Origin: a virus
Length of the DNA stretch: 64,000 nucleotides
Strand: one strand, 5' to 3'
Virus record (IMG/VR): IMGVR_UViG_3300046673_000114
Span: 16,484 to 80,483 of that record
The stretch's first letter is position 1; each line of letters starts with the position of its first letter. Below, piece after piece: positions 52,301 to 62,887 of the stretch. Below the pieces are notes generated by a model. It was not told the DNA's origin, did no database searches, and saw nothing but the letters and a program-made list of their open reading frames with translations. Both the position numbers and the translations under genes were made by a program.

Positions 52301-54056
52301 GTTAATGAGAATAATAAACTACTACGACGGAATCATTCTTAAAGAGCATATGAAAGAAAAAGATAAAGAGCGCTCGAATACCTCTTCAGCGTCTACCGTC
52401 GGCTACGTAGACGACCGCGGCGAGTTACGTTTTAGCTATGTCTTTTAAATGGAACCTCTTCGCTGAAGGCGAGGTAGAAGATATAAAAGATTTGCCGAAG
52501 CTAGATAACGCGTTGCTCTATGTTCTAGTAAAGTGTCGCGTGTGTAACGAGACGGTCTGGATAAAACATCCCTTAACAGTGTGTTCTAATTGTATTCCAT
52601 AAAATGCTATTTAAATTCCCCGATGGAGAAGAACGGCCGTGTCCGCTCGGTAGAGCGAAAGAAAGCGCCAAACCGTGCGCGACGTGCGTGCATTGCGACG
52701 TGATAGGATTCTGTTACCATCCCGAAGAGATAGAGAAACCAAAAACACCTGTACGAGCGTGGCTTCCGGCGTTACAAAGGTATTCTGATGAGGTCGAACT
52801 GCGTGATAAGAAATTCTACGATAAAGACGGTAACGTAGTTAAGTTTGTTAAACTAAGCGAACAGAAAGATTGCCGACTAGAAGAGAAATGAAACAAGAAG
52901 AAATTAAATGCCACGACTGCTCCCACTTTCTAATGAAAGATGGAAGCGTGAAGGTCGATTTAAGTGGTTACATCGTTACGGCAACGGCCGTTTATGATTG
53001 CGACATTAGCAAAAAGCCAGATTCGTGTAATAAATACTCTAGGGCGTATATAGAAGATTTAATATATTTTACACGCGGGACACCTAGAGGTAACGATGCT
53101 CCTTAAAGAAGACCAGCCGTTACTCGATGGGCTTATCGCCGCTCGAGAAGTAATTAGCGACTATCGAAATATGGTATGCGATTATAACTCATCAGAGCAG
53201 TTTATAGCTAATAGACCCGCGTGGGATAAATTAACAGGTGTTATTGGAACGCTTTATACGGTGATTCAGCACTTCGAGAAACCAAAGGAACACATGAGAG
53301 AGGACATTCTTGAATTTCTCGATAAGAATGTATCTTTCTACGACGGCGACGAAGAGAACAGTTTTAATTTAGTTACATTTAAAAAAGATTTAAACGACTT
53401 TCTCGACCATCGAGAGAATTGGGAGCTGCATAGAGAACGATACTATAGCGGCGGTTCTCGTTACTATTACGTTAAGAAGGAGAAACAATGTTAAAAGACG
53501 TAGACGACCAATTAAAAAAGTTAGGCGTAGCGCCACCCGTTCAACCAGCGATAGACCAGCTTAAAGCGCTCGAGATGGATGATTTAGGCGATAAAGTTAC
53601 AAAGATAACCGAGTCAATTCAAGCCCTCGCTACGCGAGTCGAACGTGTAGAGGATTATATGATAAACGAAGCACTTGGCGAAGACGAGAAGGATAAAATT
53701 CTCGATGACATTCAAAACGGTCGACTCGTGATTAAGATAGGTAAATAAAATGCCAACGAAAGAGCTACGAGAAAAACGCAGAGTAAAGATGATTCCGCGC
53801 GAGAAAGACATTCAGTGCACGATAGGCGTAGTCATTATCTGGATTGTTCTAACTGCTCTCGCGCTCTCTTGGGGATTCATACATTAAGGAGAAATAAATG
53901 AGTGTAGTTACAGTAGGCTTAGCTAATATATTCCTATGGTTAATGGTATTCACGGCCGCACTCTTCTACGGGGGAAGTCTTAACGGGGTCTTAGCACTTA
54001 CGCTAATGTTTATAGCGTTATTATTCACGCTTGCCGGTTTATTCATACGCGATTAA
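49395..54056 (+). other. Dense run of small hypothetical genes (Zn ribbons, TM peptides, coiled coils)
   Basis: About 20 co-oriented, often coupled ORFs with no recognisable family. Confidence 0.55.
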
Positions 54057-54058
54057 AG

Positions 54059-54406
54059 ATGTTAGGAAACACGTACTTAAAAGACCGGCTCACTGGCAAA
54101 GTAAAGTCCGGCGAGAGTAGAAGCCCTAAATGGCCTGAGGTTAGAGATGCGTTCTTAAAAGAAAACCCTACGTGTGCGGTATGTGGCGAACGAAAGAAAC
54201 TACAAGCACATCATAAATACCCGTTTCATCTTTGGCCTAATCTAGAGCTTGAGTCAACTAATTTAATAACGCTATGCGAAACTACCTCGAATCATCATCT
54301 TTTATTCGGGCATCTAATGAACTGGCGAGCGTATAACGTAAACGTAGTTTTAGACGCTAAACAGTGGTGGATACGAATTAAATCTCGACCGTATGATAAG
54401 AGCTAA
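54059..54406 (+). CDS. Short HNH endonuclease (terminase-accessory gp74-like)
   Basis: RSPKW..VR..FL..NP.CAVCG...HH..P...NLITLC...H...GH. Confidence 0.8.
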   Translation: MLGNTYLKDRLTGKVKSGESRSPKWPEVRDAFLKENPTCAVCGERKKLQAHHKYPFHLWPNLELESTNLITLCETTSNHHLLFGHLMNWRAYNVNVVLDAKQWWIRIKSRPYDKS

Positions 54407-54748
54407 ATGAGCGATTCTAGAGAGATTCGGAAAGAAAAATTAGCATTAGCCACATTTACGCGAAATCGCGAATGGGATAAGCTTCAAAGAAGGTTTCTAA
54501 AGCAGCACCCATTATGTGCGGTATGTGGTACTAAACATCCAGAGGTGCACCACATAAAACCGTTTCATCTTTTTCCGAGTCTCGAGCTAGAAGAATCAAA
54601 TTTAATTGCCTTATGTTTCGAGCATCATCTTTTATTCGGGCATCTAATGAGTTATAAATCATATAATCCGAATGTGCTCGAAGATGTACAGATATATAAA
54701 GAAAAGATACGCGCGCGGCCTAAGCCGCGAATAAAAGAAGGAGTGTAA
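54407..54748 (+). CDS. Short HNH endonuclease, paralog of the preceding gene
   Basis: HPLCAVCG...EVHHIKPFHLFP.LELE.SNLI.LC..HHLLFGHLM. Confidence 0.8.
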   Translation: MSDSREIRKEKLALATFTRNREWDKLQRRFLKQHPLCAVCGTKHPEVHHIKPFHLFPSLELEESNLIALCFEHHLLFGHLMSYKSYNPNVLEDVQIYKEKIRARPKPRIKEGV

Positions 54749-55120
54749 AATGAGAGAACTAGAGTTTCTGCAATCAGTACCGCCTTATCGAGTTGGAGAG
54801 ATAGCGTGCTTCGATGACGAACACGCCGCTAAGCTCGTGAAGGTCGGTGCAGCGAAATATTATAAGAGAAAGTGAGACGATGGCGCATAAGCATAAGGAC
54901 GAAGACTTAAGCGACCTCGGAAAGATGCGAGCTAAACAATCTAAGAGAAATAAAGAGCTTGCTAAGCAGGTCGATAAACGTTTAGCTATGGTAGATGAAC
55001 TCGATAAAAGAGTGCGTTACCTAGAAGATACGTTTAGAAAACAGAGAGGAATAAACTACCCACGTATTCCATATTTTAGCGGAAAACATTAAGGAAATGA
55101 TAAAAGGAGATACATAGAGA

Positions 55121-56368
55121 ATGAGTAAACCATTTAGAAGAGGCTTAGGCTGTAATCGTGACCCGCCCCACAAGGACGCACCGCGCCTACTAAGCCGCGA
55201 ACAGATAGAAAAACTCCCGGCGAGTTATATGATTAAAGACTTAACTCCTGTGGGTGACCAAGGAAACGAAGGGTCCTGCACAGGTAACGCTGGTGACAAC
55301 GTATATAAAATCCGCGACGCTATGATAAACGGAACGTTTGTTAACGGTGCGCGGCAGCAGATTTATCAGTGTGCCTTAGCCCACGACGGCAATCCATTTC
55401 AGGATGTGGGCTCTAGTCTATCAACAATAGCGTGGGTTCTCCAGAACGTCGGTGTTGCGCCTGAGTCGGAGTTTCCGTACACTGGGGGAATGCAGGGCGC
55501 AGTTCCAACCGCCGTACTTAACGACGCTAAGAAACACGAAGCCACAAAAGAACTACGTCTCGACGCAACAGATGAAACCACAACAATAGCTAACGTTAAA
55601 GCGGCAATCGCACCAAACGCAGTTATACAATCTAGTTACCCGGTCATGTTCGGCTTTGACGTGCCTGAGTCTTTCTTTAACACTGGTTCATCAGGTAATA
55701 TGCCCACTCCTAGCGGTGGCATTGCAGGTGGCCACGCTAACGTTTTCATAGGCTACGACGACGCACATACGGGTAACTATGACGGAAGCAAAGGCGCGTT
55801 TTATATTAAGAACAGTTGGGGCTCTGGTTGGGGTGCTAATGGGTATTGGTATATGCCCTACTCGTTTTTCCTAGATACCGACGATGGGGTCGGTGACTGT
55901 TGGGCCATAATAAATACCTCGGACTTTAACCCTAGCCCCACACCCGGTCCCGCGCCAGTAGCAGCAGATGGCTCGAATCCTGCAACGTGTGTCGTTAATG
56001 GAACAACGTATGCGTTTGGGTGGGGTTTAAGCAACGCGCTTTACTATGCCATTCTAGGTGGTAATACGTGGAAGTCTCTCGGCGGAACGCTAAGCTCTGG
56101 TGTCGCAGCGGTTACCGTGGGTAATGACGCATATATCTTCGGACGTGGCGCGAATAAAGAAACGCTTTATTATCGAACGCTTACGAAGAATTGGGTCACG
56201 GTGCCTATGGGAACCCTAGTCGCGACGTCAGCACCGGCAGTAACCGCGAGTAACGGTATCATAGCACTCGAGGTTCGTGGCGGCGATAAGGCAGTCTGGT
56301 ATGTTACGCTTAATACCGCTACTGGTGCGTTCGGTAAGTGGACAAGTCTAGGTGGTCAGCTAAACTAA
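55121..56368 (+). CDS. Papain-family (C1A) cysteine protease + three lectin-type blades
   Basis: DQGNEGSC, GGHA and KNSWG..WG.NGY; C-terminus shared with 33355..34524. Confidence 0.9.
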   Translation: MSKPFRRGLGCNRDPPHKDAPRLLSREQIEKLPASYMIKDLTPVGDQGNEGSCTGNAGDNVYKIRDAMINGTFVNGARQQIYQCALAHDGNPFQDVGSSLSTIAWVLQNVGVAPESEFPYTGGMQGAVPTAVLNDAKKHEATKELRLDATDETTTIANVKAAIAPNAVIQSSYPVMFGFDVPESFFNTGSSGNMPTPSGGIAGGHANVFIGYDDAHTGNYDGSKGAFYIKNSWGSGWGANGYWYMPYSFFLDTDDGVGDCWAIINTSDFNPSPTPGPAPVAADGSNPATCVVNGTTYAFGWGLSNALYYAILGGNTWKSLGGTLSSGVAAVTVGNDAYIFGRGANKETLYYRTLTKNWVTVPMGTLVATSAPAVTASNGIIALEVRGGDKAVWYVTLNTATGAFGKWTSLGGQLN

Positions 56369-56605
56369 TTGAATGAGAGAGTCAACTAAATGCGAAGGCT
56401 GTGACCGGCCGGTTTTTATCGAACCAGCGGTAGAACGCGAGACCGGTCAGCTTTATTTATTTTGTCCCTTCTGCGAACGTAATAATTTTTTACCGATTAT
56501 AGAACGCGAATCGAATCCCGAATTAAAAGACATAGCCACTGATACGGAAATAGTTGAGGAAATAGTCATAAAGAAAAGACGAAGAAGAGTTAATGGTAAG
56601 AAAAA

Positions 56606-57244
56606 ATGAGTAAAGCGTGTTCGATATGCGGGGCGTTATTCGAATCTAAGCAATTTAAAACCTGTGATAAATGTCGCGCTCGGACGCGCGATTGGAAAAA
56701 GGCCAATCATAAAAAGAATAGTGAATATAACCGTAAATATCGAATAATAAATAAGGTTAGATTAGTAGAATACGCACATAAATATTATATGATTAATCGC
56801 GAGCAGATTTGTAAAAAAGCACAAGAGTATAAGAAACTAAATCACGATGAGATACTAAAACGCGGTTTAATTTACCGCGAAGCAAATCGCGAAAGAGAAA
56901 ATAAACGTAGCTGTTTATGGTTAAAAGTTAATCGTGAGAAATGTAGAGTACAGGAACACACTCGACGCGCGAGAATTAACGGAAGTAGTGGCTCTTACTC
57001 TCTACAAGAAGAGATGGAATTGTTTACTTGGCAGGAAGGTAAATGTCATTATTGTGGTAACTTTCTATATCTCTCATACCCACAGAAATATCATATAGAC
57101 CATAAAACACCGTTATCGCGTGGCGGTTCTAATCTAATCGACAATATCGCGCTATCTTGTAAGTTCTGTAATATACGTAAAGGTACTAAAACTGAATTAG
57201 AATTCTTTAAGTTTTTAGTTAAAAACGAGGAAAAAAATGAGTAA
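56606..57244 (+). CDS. HNH endonuclease
   Basis: CHYCG...HIDHKTPLSRGGSN...NI..SC..CN..K. Confidence 0.9.
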   Translation: MSKACSICGALFESKQFKTCDKCRARTRDWKKANHKKNSEYNRKYRIINKVRLVEYAHKYYMINREQICKKAQEYKKLNHDEILKRGLIYREANRERENKRSCLWLKVNREKCRVQEHTRRARINGSSGSYSLQEEMELFTWQEGKCHYCGNFLYLSYPQKYHIDHKTPLSRGGSNLIDNIALSCKFCNIRKGTKTELEFFKFLVKNEEKNE

Positions 57245-57859
57245 AGATAGTATTCCCATTAGGCCCGTAGACGGAAGCGACGCGCCGAAAGACGCCCCGA
57301 TAATGGTAAATCCAAATAATCTCATGGGCTTCACGATAACGGTAGAGAATCCACCCACTAATAATCGAAAAGCCTTTGTTGTTTTCTTAGTGATTCTCGC
57401 GATAACGTTTCTTATGGGTGTAATGGTGCAAGCGCAGTTTCATCTAGTATGAGTAAAAACCCGTTTGATTACATCGTCTTTGACCTAAAATTCGCGCTAA
57501 GAAGATTCTGCGCGGCTAACGGATTAAACTACGACCTTATGACCTTCGAGACACTTAAGCACGAAGAGAAAAGAAAAGGTAGGATGGTCTTTACGCTCGA
57601 AGCGCGCTCGATTGAAACAGAGAAACACCCTAACCCGAACGGAAGGTATGTAGTAGTGCATTTCACTACACCACCGGGGTTATACGCGCGGATAAAAGGA
57701 GTGAGATGAGCGAGCTAATCTGTGGCTCGTGTCAGCATTATAGGCTCTTTTATCCGCGAGCGAATACGTTTCGAACGTATTGCGAGATTCTATGGCACCT
57801 GCATAGTAATGATGTATGTTATCAGCGTTCGGATTATAGAATGAGCGATTGGTTATAAA

Positions 57860-59758
57860 ATGCCACCGAAAAGCGATAAGCGAACCCCCGAACAAGAGAA
57901 CCGACACCAGCAGCTAGGGACTCTTCTTAGAAACTTTAAGCTTGTTCAGTTACGGCTAGCGAGAAACATCATAAACAACGCAATAAAGAAAGACACCGGC
58001 TACGTTCGCTCAATTTTCGCGTCGCATATGGACATAAGCCACACTCAACAAGAGCTACAAAACCATTACCGAACCGTTGCACCGCAGATTTGGGAAGAGG
58101 CTATTAAACAAATCTGGTTACAGGTCGGTAAAGAAAGCATAACACTTCATCAAGCGTTCTTTACGGGAAAAGGGGCCGTCGCGTATGAGAAAGATTATGA
58201 CGAGGCCGAGTTTGCTATTAATTATTACGATGACGAACCTCTCGCGATAGTGAAGTCAAGTGACGATGAATGGGAACCGATACCGGCGTTTAACTTCTTC
58301 GAGCCGGAACCCGAACTCGTAATTAAAACATGGTTCGGCGAAGTTGAGTGGAAAGACGTTAGCGCTATTAACGACACATGGGCTGGAACAGTTAATGATT
58401 ATATTAAAGACCAAGCGGATAACCGCCTTAGTGGTGTTGCCGACACAACGTGGGACGGGATTAAGAACACCATAGCCGACGGGATTGCGAACGGCGATAG
58501 CCATATCGATATAGGAAAAGCGGTAGAATCTCAGTTAAGCGAGACGTGGGCCGGTAGGGGTGAAACAATCGCGCGAACGGAGACCGCAGCGGCATCTAAT
58601 TACGCCTCGCTCGTGACCGCGCAAGCCTCCGCTTCGGATTTAAATAAAATATGGATATGTTCTTTTGTTAACTCTAGAGACGCACATATAGACGCGGACT
58701 CGGATTACGGTAGCGGAAGCGGAATCCCGCAGGATGAACCTTTCGAAGTAGATGGCGAAGATTTAGACTACCCCGGCGACCCGAGCGGCTCGGCCGAGAA
58801 CGTTATTAATTGTATGTGCTCTATCGGCTACGAACCCGCTTCGGAAGAAGAAACATCACCGACAACCGAAGAAAGCGGAGAAGGCGCACAAGCCGCCGAA
58901 GGCGACGAAGGCGTTTCAGCGCTTACGGGACTCACTGACGACCAGACATCTCAATTAAGCGGTCTATTCGACCAATTAGCAAGCGGTGAGGGACCATTAA
59001 GCGACGAAGCGCAGTCCGCGTTAATGAGTCAGATGCAAGATATATTAGGTATCGGGGTAGAGGCTGAAACGCCAGTAGCGGCGGCAACCGCGACCGCCGA
59101 CGTAAGCGAAGCAGTTCCAACGCTCGAGGCCCCGCAGTTTAGCTCTTCGAAGGAAGCCGTTCAGTGGCTAAAGGATAAGGGACTTGTAACCGATACGTTT
59201 AAAATAGCTAACGTAGACCCCGAGCTACTACAGGCAGTAGCGACGAGTCTTAATTCTAACCTCTCGGCAGACCTAAACTATATGCCCGACTCGATAGAGG
59301 CTCTTACTAAATACTCTGGAAAAGGCTTACCAAGTTACGGAATGGAAACAATTTCGGCGTATAGTAAATATCCTGCAATACCGGATAATTTAATAAAGAC
59401 CGATTTACGAATGGGTATAACATCAATGTCTGATTGGTATAAAGAATGGGAGATAACGTCAGCAACCTTAACAGAAACGGGTGTTCCAATAAACGCTACC
59501 GGATTTTTCGCGCAAGAAGACGCAGCGGAGGTAGCGGCCGACCACGAAGTAGGACATATGCTCTGGGCTCAGCTTCCGTCGGAAGTACAGAGCGAATATA
59601 TATCAAACGCTTATATGGACGCAAGTAAACTAACTAAGTATGGTGCATATGATATACAGGAATCGTTCGCTGATAATTATGCTGTATGGCGGCGCGACGC
59701 AAGTCTTATGAATCCTTCGGTTAAAGCATTTTATGATGGGGTGTTATTATCACACTAA
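57860..59758 (+). CDS. MuF (Mu gpF/SPP1 gp7-like) minor head protein with C-terminal zincin-like domain
   Basis: IARTET, KIW, RDAH, YPGDP...INCMC; then HEVGH...YG...ESFA. Confidence 0.85.
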   Translation: MPPKSDKRTPEQENRHQQLGTLLRNFKLVQLRLARNIINNAIKKDTGYVRSIFASHMDISHTQQELQNHYRTVAPQIWEEAIKQIWLQVGKESITLHQAFFTGKGAVAYEKDYDEAEFAINYYDDEPLAIVKSSDDEWEPIPAFNFFEPEPELVIKTWFGEVEWKDVSAINDTWAGTVNDYIKDQADNRLSGVADTTWDGIKNTIADGIANGDSHIDIGKAVESQLSETWAGRGETIARTETAAASNYASLVTAQASASDLNKIWICSFVNSRDAHIDADSDYGSGSGIPQDEPFEVDGEDLDYPGDPSGSAENVINCMCSIGYEPASEEETSPTTEESGEGAQAAEGDEGVSALTGLTDDQTSQLSGLFDQLASGEGPLSDEAQSALMSQMQDILGIGVEAETPVAAATATADVSEAVPTLEAPQFSSSKEAVQWLKDKGLVTDTFKIANVDPELLQAVATSLNSNLSADLNYMPDSIEALTKYSGKGLPSYGMETISAYSKYPAIPDNLIKTDLRMGITSMSDWYKEWEITSATLTETGVPINATGFFAQEDAAEVAADHEVGHMLWAQLPSEVQSEYISNAYMDASKLTKYGAYDIQESFADNYAVWRRDASLMNPSVKAFYDGVLLSH

Positions 59759-59973
59759 TATTACCACAATGTCTTATATGTAAATGGCTCGAGAAGGGGA
59801 TTAACTGTAAAGCTTTTCCGAAGCCGCAAAGGATACCGGACGAGATTTTACTTAATACGTTCGACCACCGTAAGCCATATCGCGGCGACCACGGCGTTCA
59901 GTTCGAACTAGCGGCCGGTAAAGAGCCTATGAACTTTACTCATGACGAGACGACGATTATAGAAGATAAATAA
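59746..59973 (+). CDS. Small Cys protein after MuF, non-ATG start (exact start uncertain)
   Basis: CLICKW...CKAFP...IPDEIL...DHRKPYRGDHGVQFE; GGGGTG RBS; no upstream in-frame ATG. Confidence 0.7.
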   Translation: MITLILPQCLICKWLEKGINCKAFPKPQRIPDEILLNTFDHRKPYRGDHGVQFELAAGKEPMNFTHDETTIIEDK

Positions 59974-59975
59974 AA

Positions 59976-60473
59976 ATGAAACAACGATTCGAGCCGAAGC
60001 TAGTTAAGCAGTTAAATGAATTCTTCGACGTAACGAAGACAAAAGCTATTGCATATAGGCTTCGACCACAACAAGGAAGTTATGGCTACCAAAATATCGA
60101 TATATTAGTCGATGGCGAAGAGTATTACTTGGGAATAGAATGTAAAAGCGTTTTAGTACCTTCACAAAATAAAATTTATTTTAGAAGTCACTTCACCACG
60201 GACTCAAAAGGAATTCATCAAGTGACCCGCATAAACGACTTTCTCTCGAAAAGCGGCAGAAAAGGAATTTGTGCAATAGAGTTACGCGATGATACGAATA
60301 GAAAAATCGCAAAGACTGATGTTCGTTTTATGCCGTGGCGCGAAGTAGCAAGAATATATGAAAGTGGCGCTAAGGCCATCGAATACGAAGAAGTTCGCGC
60401 GTGGCCGCAATACATGAAGATTAAAGGGGTCTTTAATCTAGATGCATGTCTAGAAACGTGCTTCGAGACGTGA
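59976..60473 (+). CDS. Archaeal-type Holliday junction resolvase (Hjc-like)
   Basis: FE..LV..L, AYRL, IDILVD, GIECKS, HQ. Confidence 0.75.
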   Translation: MKQRFEPKLVKQLNEFFDVTKTKAIAYRLRPQQGSYGYQNIDILVDGEEYYLGIECKSVLVPSQNKIYFRSHFTTDSKGIHQVTRINDFLSKSGRKGICAIELRDDTNRKIAKTDVRFMPWREVARIYESGAKAIEYEEVRAWPQYMKIKGVFNLDACLETCFET

Positions 60474-60650
60474 GAGTGGCTAACCACACTCGAAATACGG
60501 CTACAAGAGTTGCGTTTTTAGCGATTAAAGCTCTTATAGCTCTTCTTTTATAGCGCGTATCTATAACCCTACGAGTATCGTCTCGATTAGGGCCATAGAG
60601 GTAACTATAGCTAGATAAATATATAAGAAATTACGATAGTTAAATAGAAG

Positions 60651-61112
60651 ATGGTAAAAAGAAGCGCATATCAAGCGCGAAAGAATAGAATGTACGTTCG
60701 TTGTAAGAAATGCGATAGCTCCTTTATGATAGAGCCGTTTGAAGCGCATGCACATTGTCCTACTTGTGGATGTATGCGAGTAGCATTTAAAGTTAAACCA
60801 TTTGACCGCATAACTAGAGAAGAGTATAAAGCGAACGAAGCTAGAAATAGAGATAAAGGTACTTATTTTATATTATGTAGAAATGGTGGAAATCCAGATT
60901 ATGTAAAAATTGGAAAGGTTGTAGGCAATATAAAGGCCGCACAGAAAAGGGTTGTGAAGTTACAGGTTGGTTGTCCTTATGAGTTAGTCTTACTAAAATT
61001 TACACGTAATTTAAATGAACTAGAGACTCAAGAGAAATTTAAAGAAGATTTAATTCGCGGTGAATGGTTTGCGTACACCGAAGAACTACGTACTTTTATA
61101 GATAATCTATAG
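60651..61112 (+). CDS. Zn ribbon + GIY-YIG/T5orf172-like domain
   Basis: TYFI...YVKIG...R...LQVGCPYEL...GEWF. Confidence 0.8.
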   Translation: MVKRSAYQARKNRMYVRCKKCDSSFMIEPFEAHAHCPTCGCMRVAFKVKPFDRITREEYKANEARNRDKGTYFILCRNGGNPDYVKIGKVVGNIKAAQKRVVKLQVGCPYELVLLKFTRNLNELETQEKFKEDLIRGEWFAYTEELRTFIDNL

Positions 61113-61370
61113 CCCCCCGAGCGCACTTTCGTTATTATTATTTTTCTTTTTTAGCTTTTCTTCAGCTTCAGCTATGATAAATTCCCACTTATAGGATTCG
61201 TTGGGTAAGATGATATACTCCATTTTTCTTTTTCACTCTCCGTAGATAGAGAAGTCGTATAGCATAGTAGTAGTTTCGCACATAGAACATAGAGAACTCC
61301 TTTTTTTCGAGGTGAGGTTTACACGTGTTAATTTATTTCGAAACTCAAAGGTATATATACATAATGATAT

Positions 61371-61769
61371 ATGTGCTATGTAATGAAACCAATTGTAATT
61401 AGTGAAATAACGTATCGTAAAATGAATGAACTAAAAATAGAATTATTCTCGAAAAGAGGCGTACAATATACTTTTGATAGGCTTATACGAGAATCCATTG
61501 GGTTACCACCGGATGAAGTCGATGCGCGTAAAAGAGGGAGTAAAACGTATTTTATTCTATGCGATAATTTTATAAAAGTTGGTAGTTCCGATGACCCTAA
61601 ATCGCGCCGTACGCTGTTACAATGTGGTAATCCTTATAAGTTACATTTATTAAAAGTAGTTGAAGAGGATATTGAAAAAGAAGTTCAAGAAAAATTCTAT
61701 CATCTAAGAACTAACGGTGAATGGTTCTACTACGATGATAAATTAAAAGAGTTTGTTGAGAGTATCTAA
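61371..61769 (+). CDS. RHH-like N-terminus + GIY-YIG/T5orf172-like domain
   Basis: TYFI...IKVGSS.DP..R...LQCGNPYKL...GEWF. Confidence 0.8.
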   Translation: MCYVMKPIVISEITYRKMNELKIELFSKRGVQYTFDRLIRESIGLPPDEVDARKRGSKTYFILCDNFIKVGSSDDPKSRRTLLQCGNPYKLHLLKVVEEDIEKEVQEKFYHLRTNGEWFYYDDKLKEFVESI

Positions 61770-61882
61770 CATAGTTATATATAGTTAAACATAGTATAAC
61801 ATATTGTCGAAAGACAAAACGAGCGGCGCTCGAGCGTGAAATCGAGCGCGGTCAATTTAGGAGACGATGGAGGGTGCTATAG

Positions 61883-62119
61883 ATGACGCACGTGGTAACG
61901 GAAAAAGTGACATACAAACCAAATAAGACAAAACGAAATTGGGACGGTCTACCGTATCTAGAAGGACATTTTAAGCTCAGCGACGGCACGAATACGAAGT
62001 TCGCAGTCACGCACGAACAAAGCTGGCATCAATGGGGCAACTCGTATGATAACCTAGGAGTTACCATTGATAGAATCGAAGAACTAGAAGCAAAGTTACA
62101 CGAGGGATATTATGGATGA
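61883..62119 (+). CDS. Hypothetical protein
   Basis: First ORF after the conserved promoter at 61778; GGAGGGTG RBS. Confidence 0.6.
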   Translation: MTHVVTEKVTYKPNKTKRNWDGLPYLEGHFKLSDGTNTKFAVTHEQSWHQWGNSYDNLGVTIDRIEELEAKLHEGYYG

Positions 62120-62429
62120 AACGGCTAAGAGACTATTAGACACGTTAAAAGAAACGACTAAGAAAACAAAAAAGTTCAACGATGATATACGAACGTATTC
62201 GGTGGAACTCGATGAGGTACACGAATACACCAACCATATCATCGCGAACTACAAACGAGAGATAAGTTTAGTAGTAAATGAATACGGTAAACCAGCGTTC
62301 GCTAATCCTGACTCGCGAGAAGGCGAGCTACAGCATCGACTCGATAACAACGAACATTACGAAAGCTATCTAAATAAAACGAAGAAAGTTAACGTTTCAG
62401 GTGGGAAGTCTACTTGCGAAAGCTGGTAG
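62112..62429 (+). pseudogene. Coiled-coil gene truncated by IS605 insertion
   Basis: The last 11 sense codons derive from the IS left end. Confidence 0.6.
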
Positions 62430-62486
62430 ATGAGAGCCGTTCTTATACACCATAAAGTTTATAGTTCTATAAAACAATGATAAACT

Positions 62487-62882
62487 ATGAAATATCAACT
62501 GAGCAAAGGCGCTCATTCAGTCTATGCACTCCAATACCACTTTGTTCAGTGTGTAAAATACCGGCGAAACGCTCTTGCTAACTCAGAAGTCGTGGCACTA
62601 CTCAAAGACAAGATACACGAAATAAGCGAGACGTTTGAGGTCGATGTGCTGAACATAGAAGCCGATAAAAACCACTTTCATATGATATTCGCAGCGAAGC
62701 CAACGCTTGACATTCCACGATACATCAACGCGCTAAAGACAATAACATCGAGAGAGATACGGCGAAACTTCCCCGAAGTCAAAGAAACGCTGAAACGGGG
62801 GACGTTCTGGTCTCGCTCGTATTTCCTAGCTACTACAGGACAAGTGACACTCGATAAGCTGAAACACTACGTTGAGAGTTAG
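62487..62882 (+). CDS. tnpA: Y1 HUH transposase TnpA
   Basis: YHFVQCVKYRR, NHFH, FWSRSYF and KHYVE. Confidence 0.95.
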   Translation: MKYQLSKGAHSVYALQYHFVQCVKYRRNALANSEVVALLKDKIHEISETFEVDVLNIEADKNHFHMIFAAKPTLDIPRYINALKTITSREIRRNFPEVKETLKRGTFWSRSYFLATTGQVTLDKLKHYVES

Positions 62883-62887
62883 GGACG

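Noticed and set aside
55121-55160. Tat signal (FRRGLG) on the protease
   Set aside because: No following hydrophobic region; resembles a C1A prosegment.
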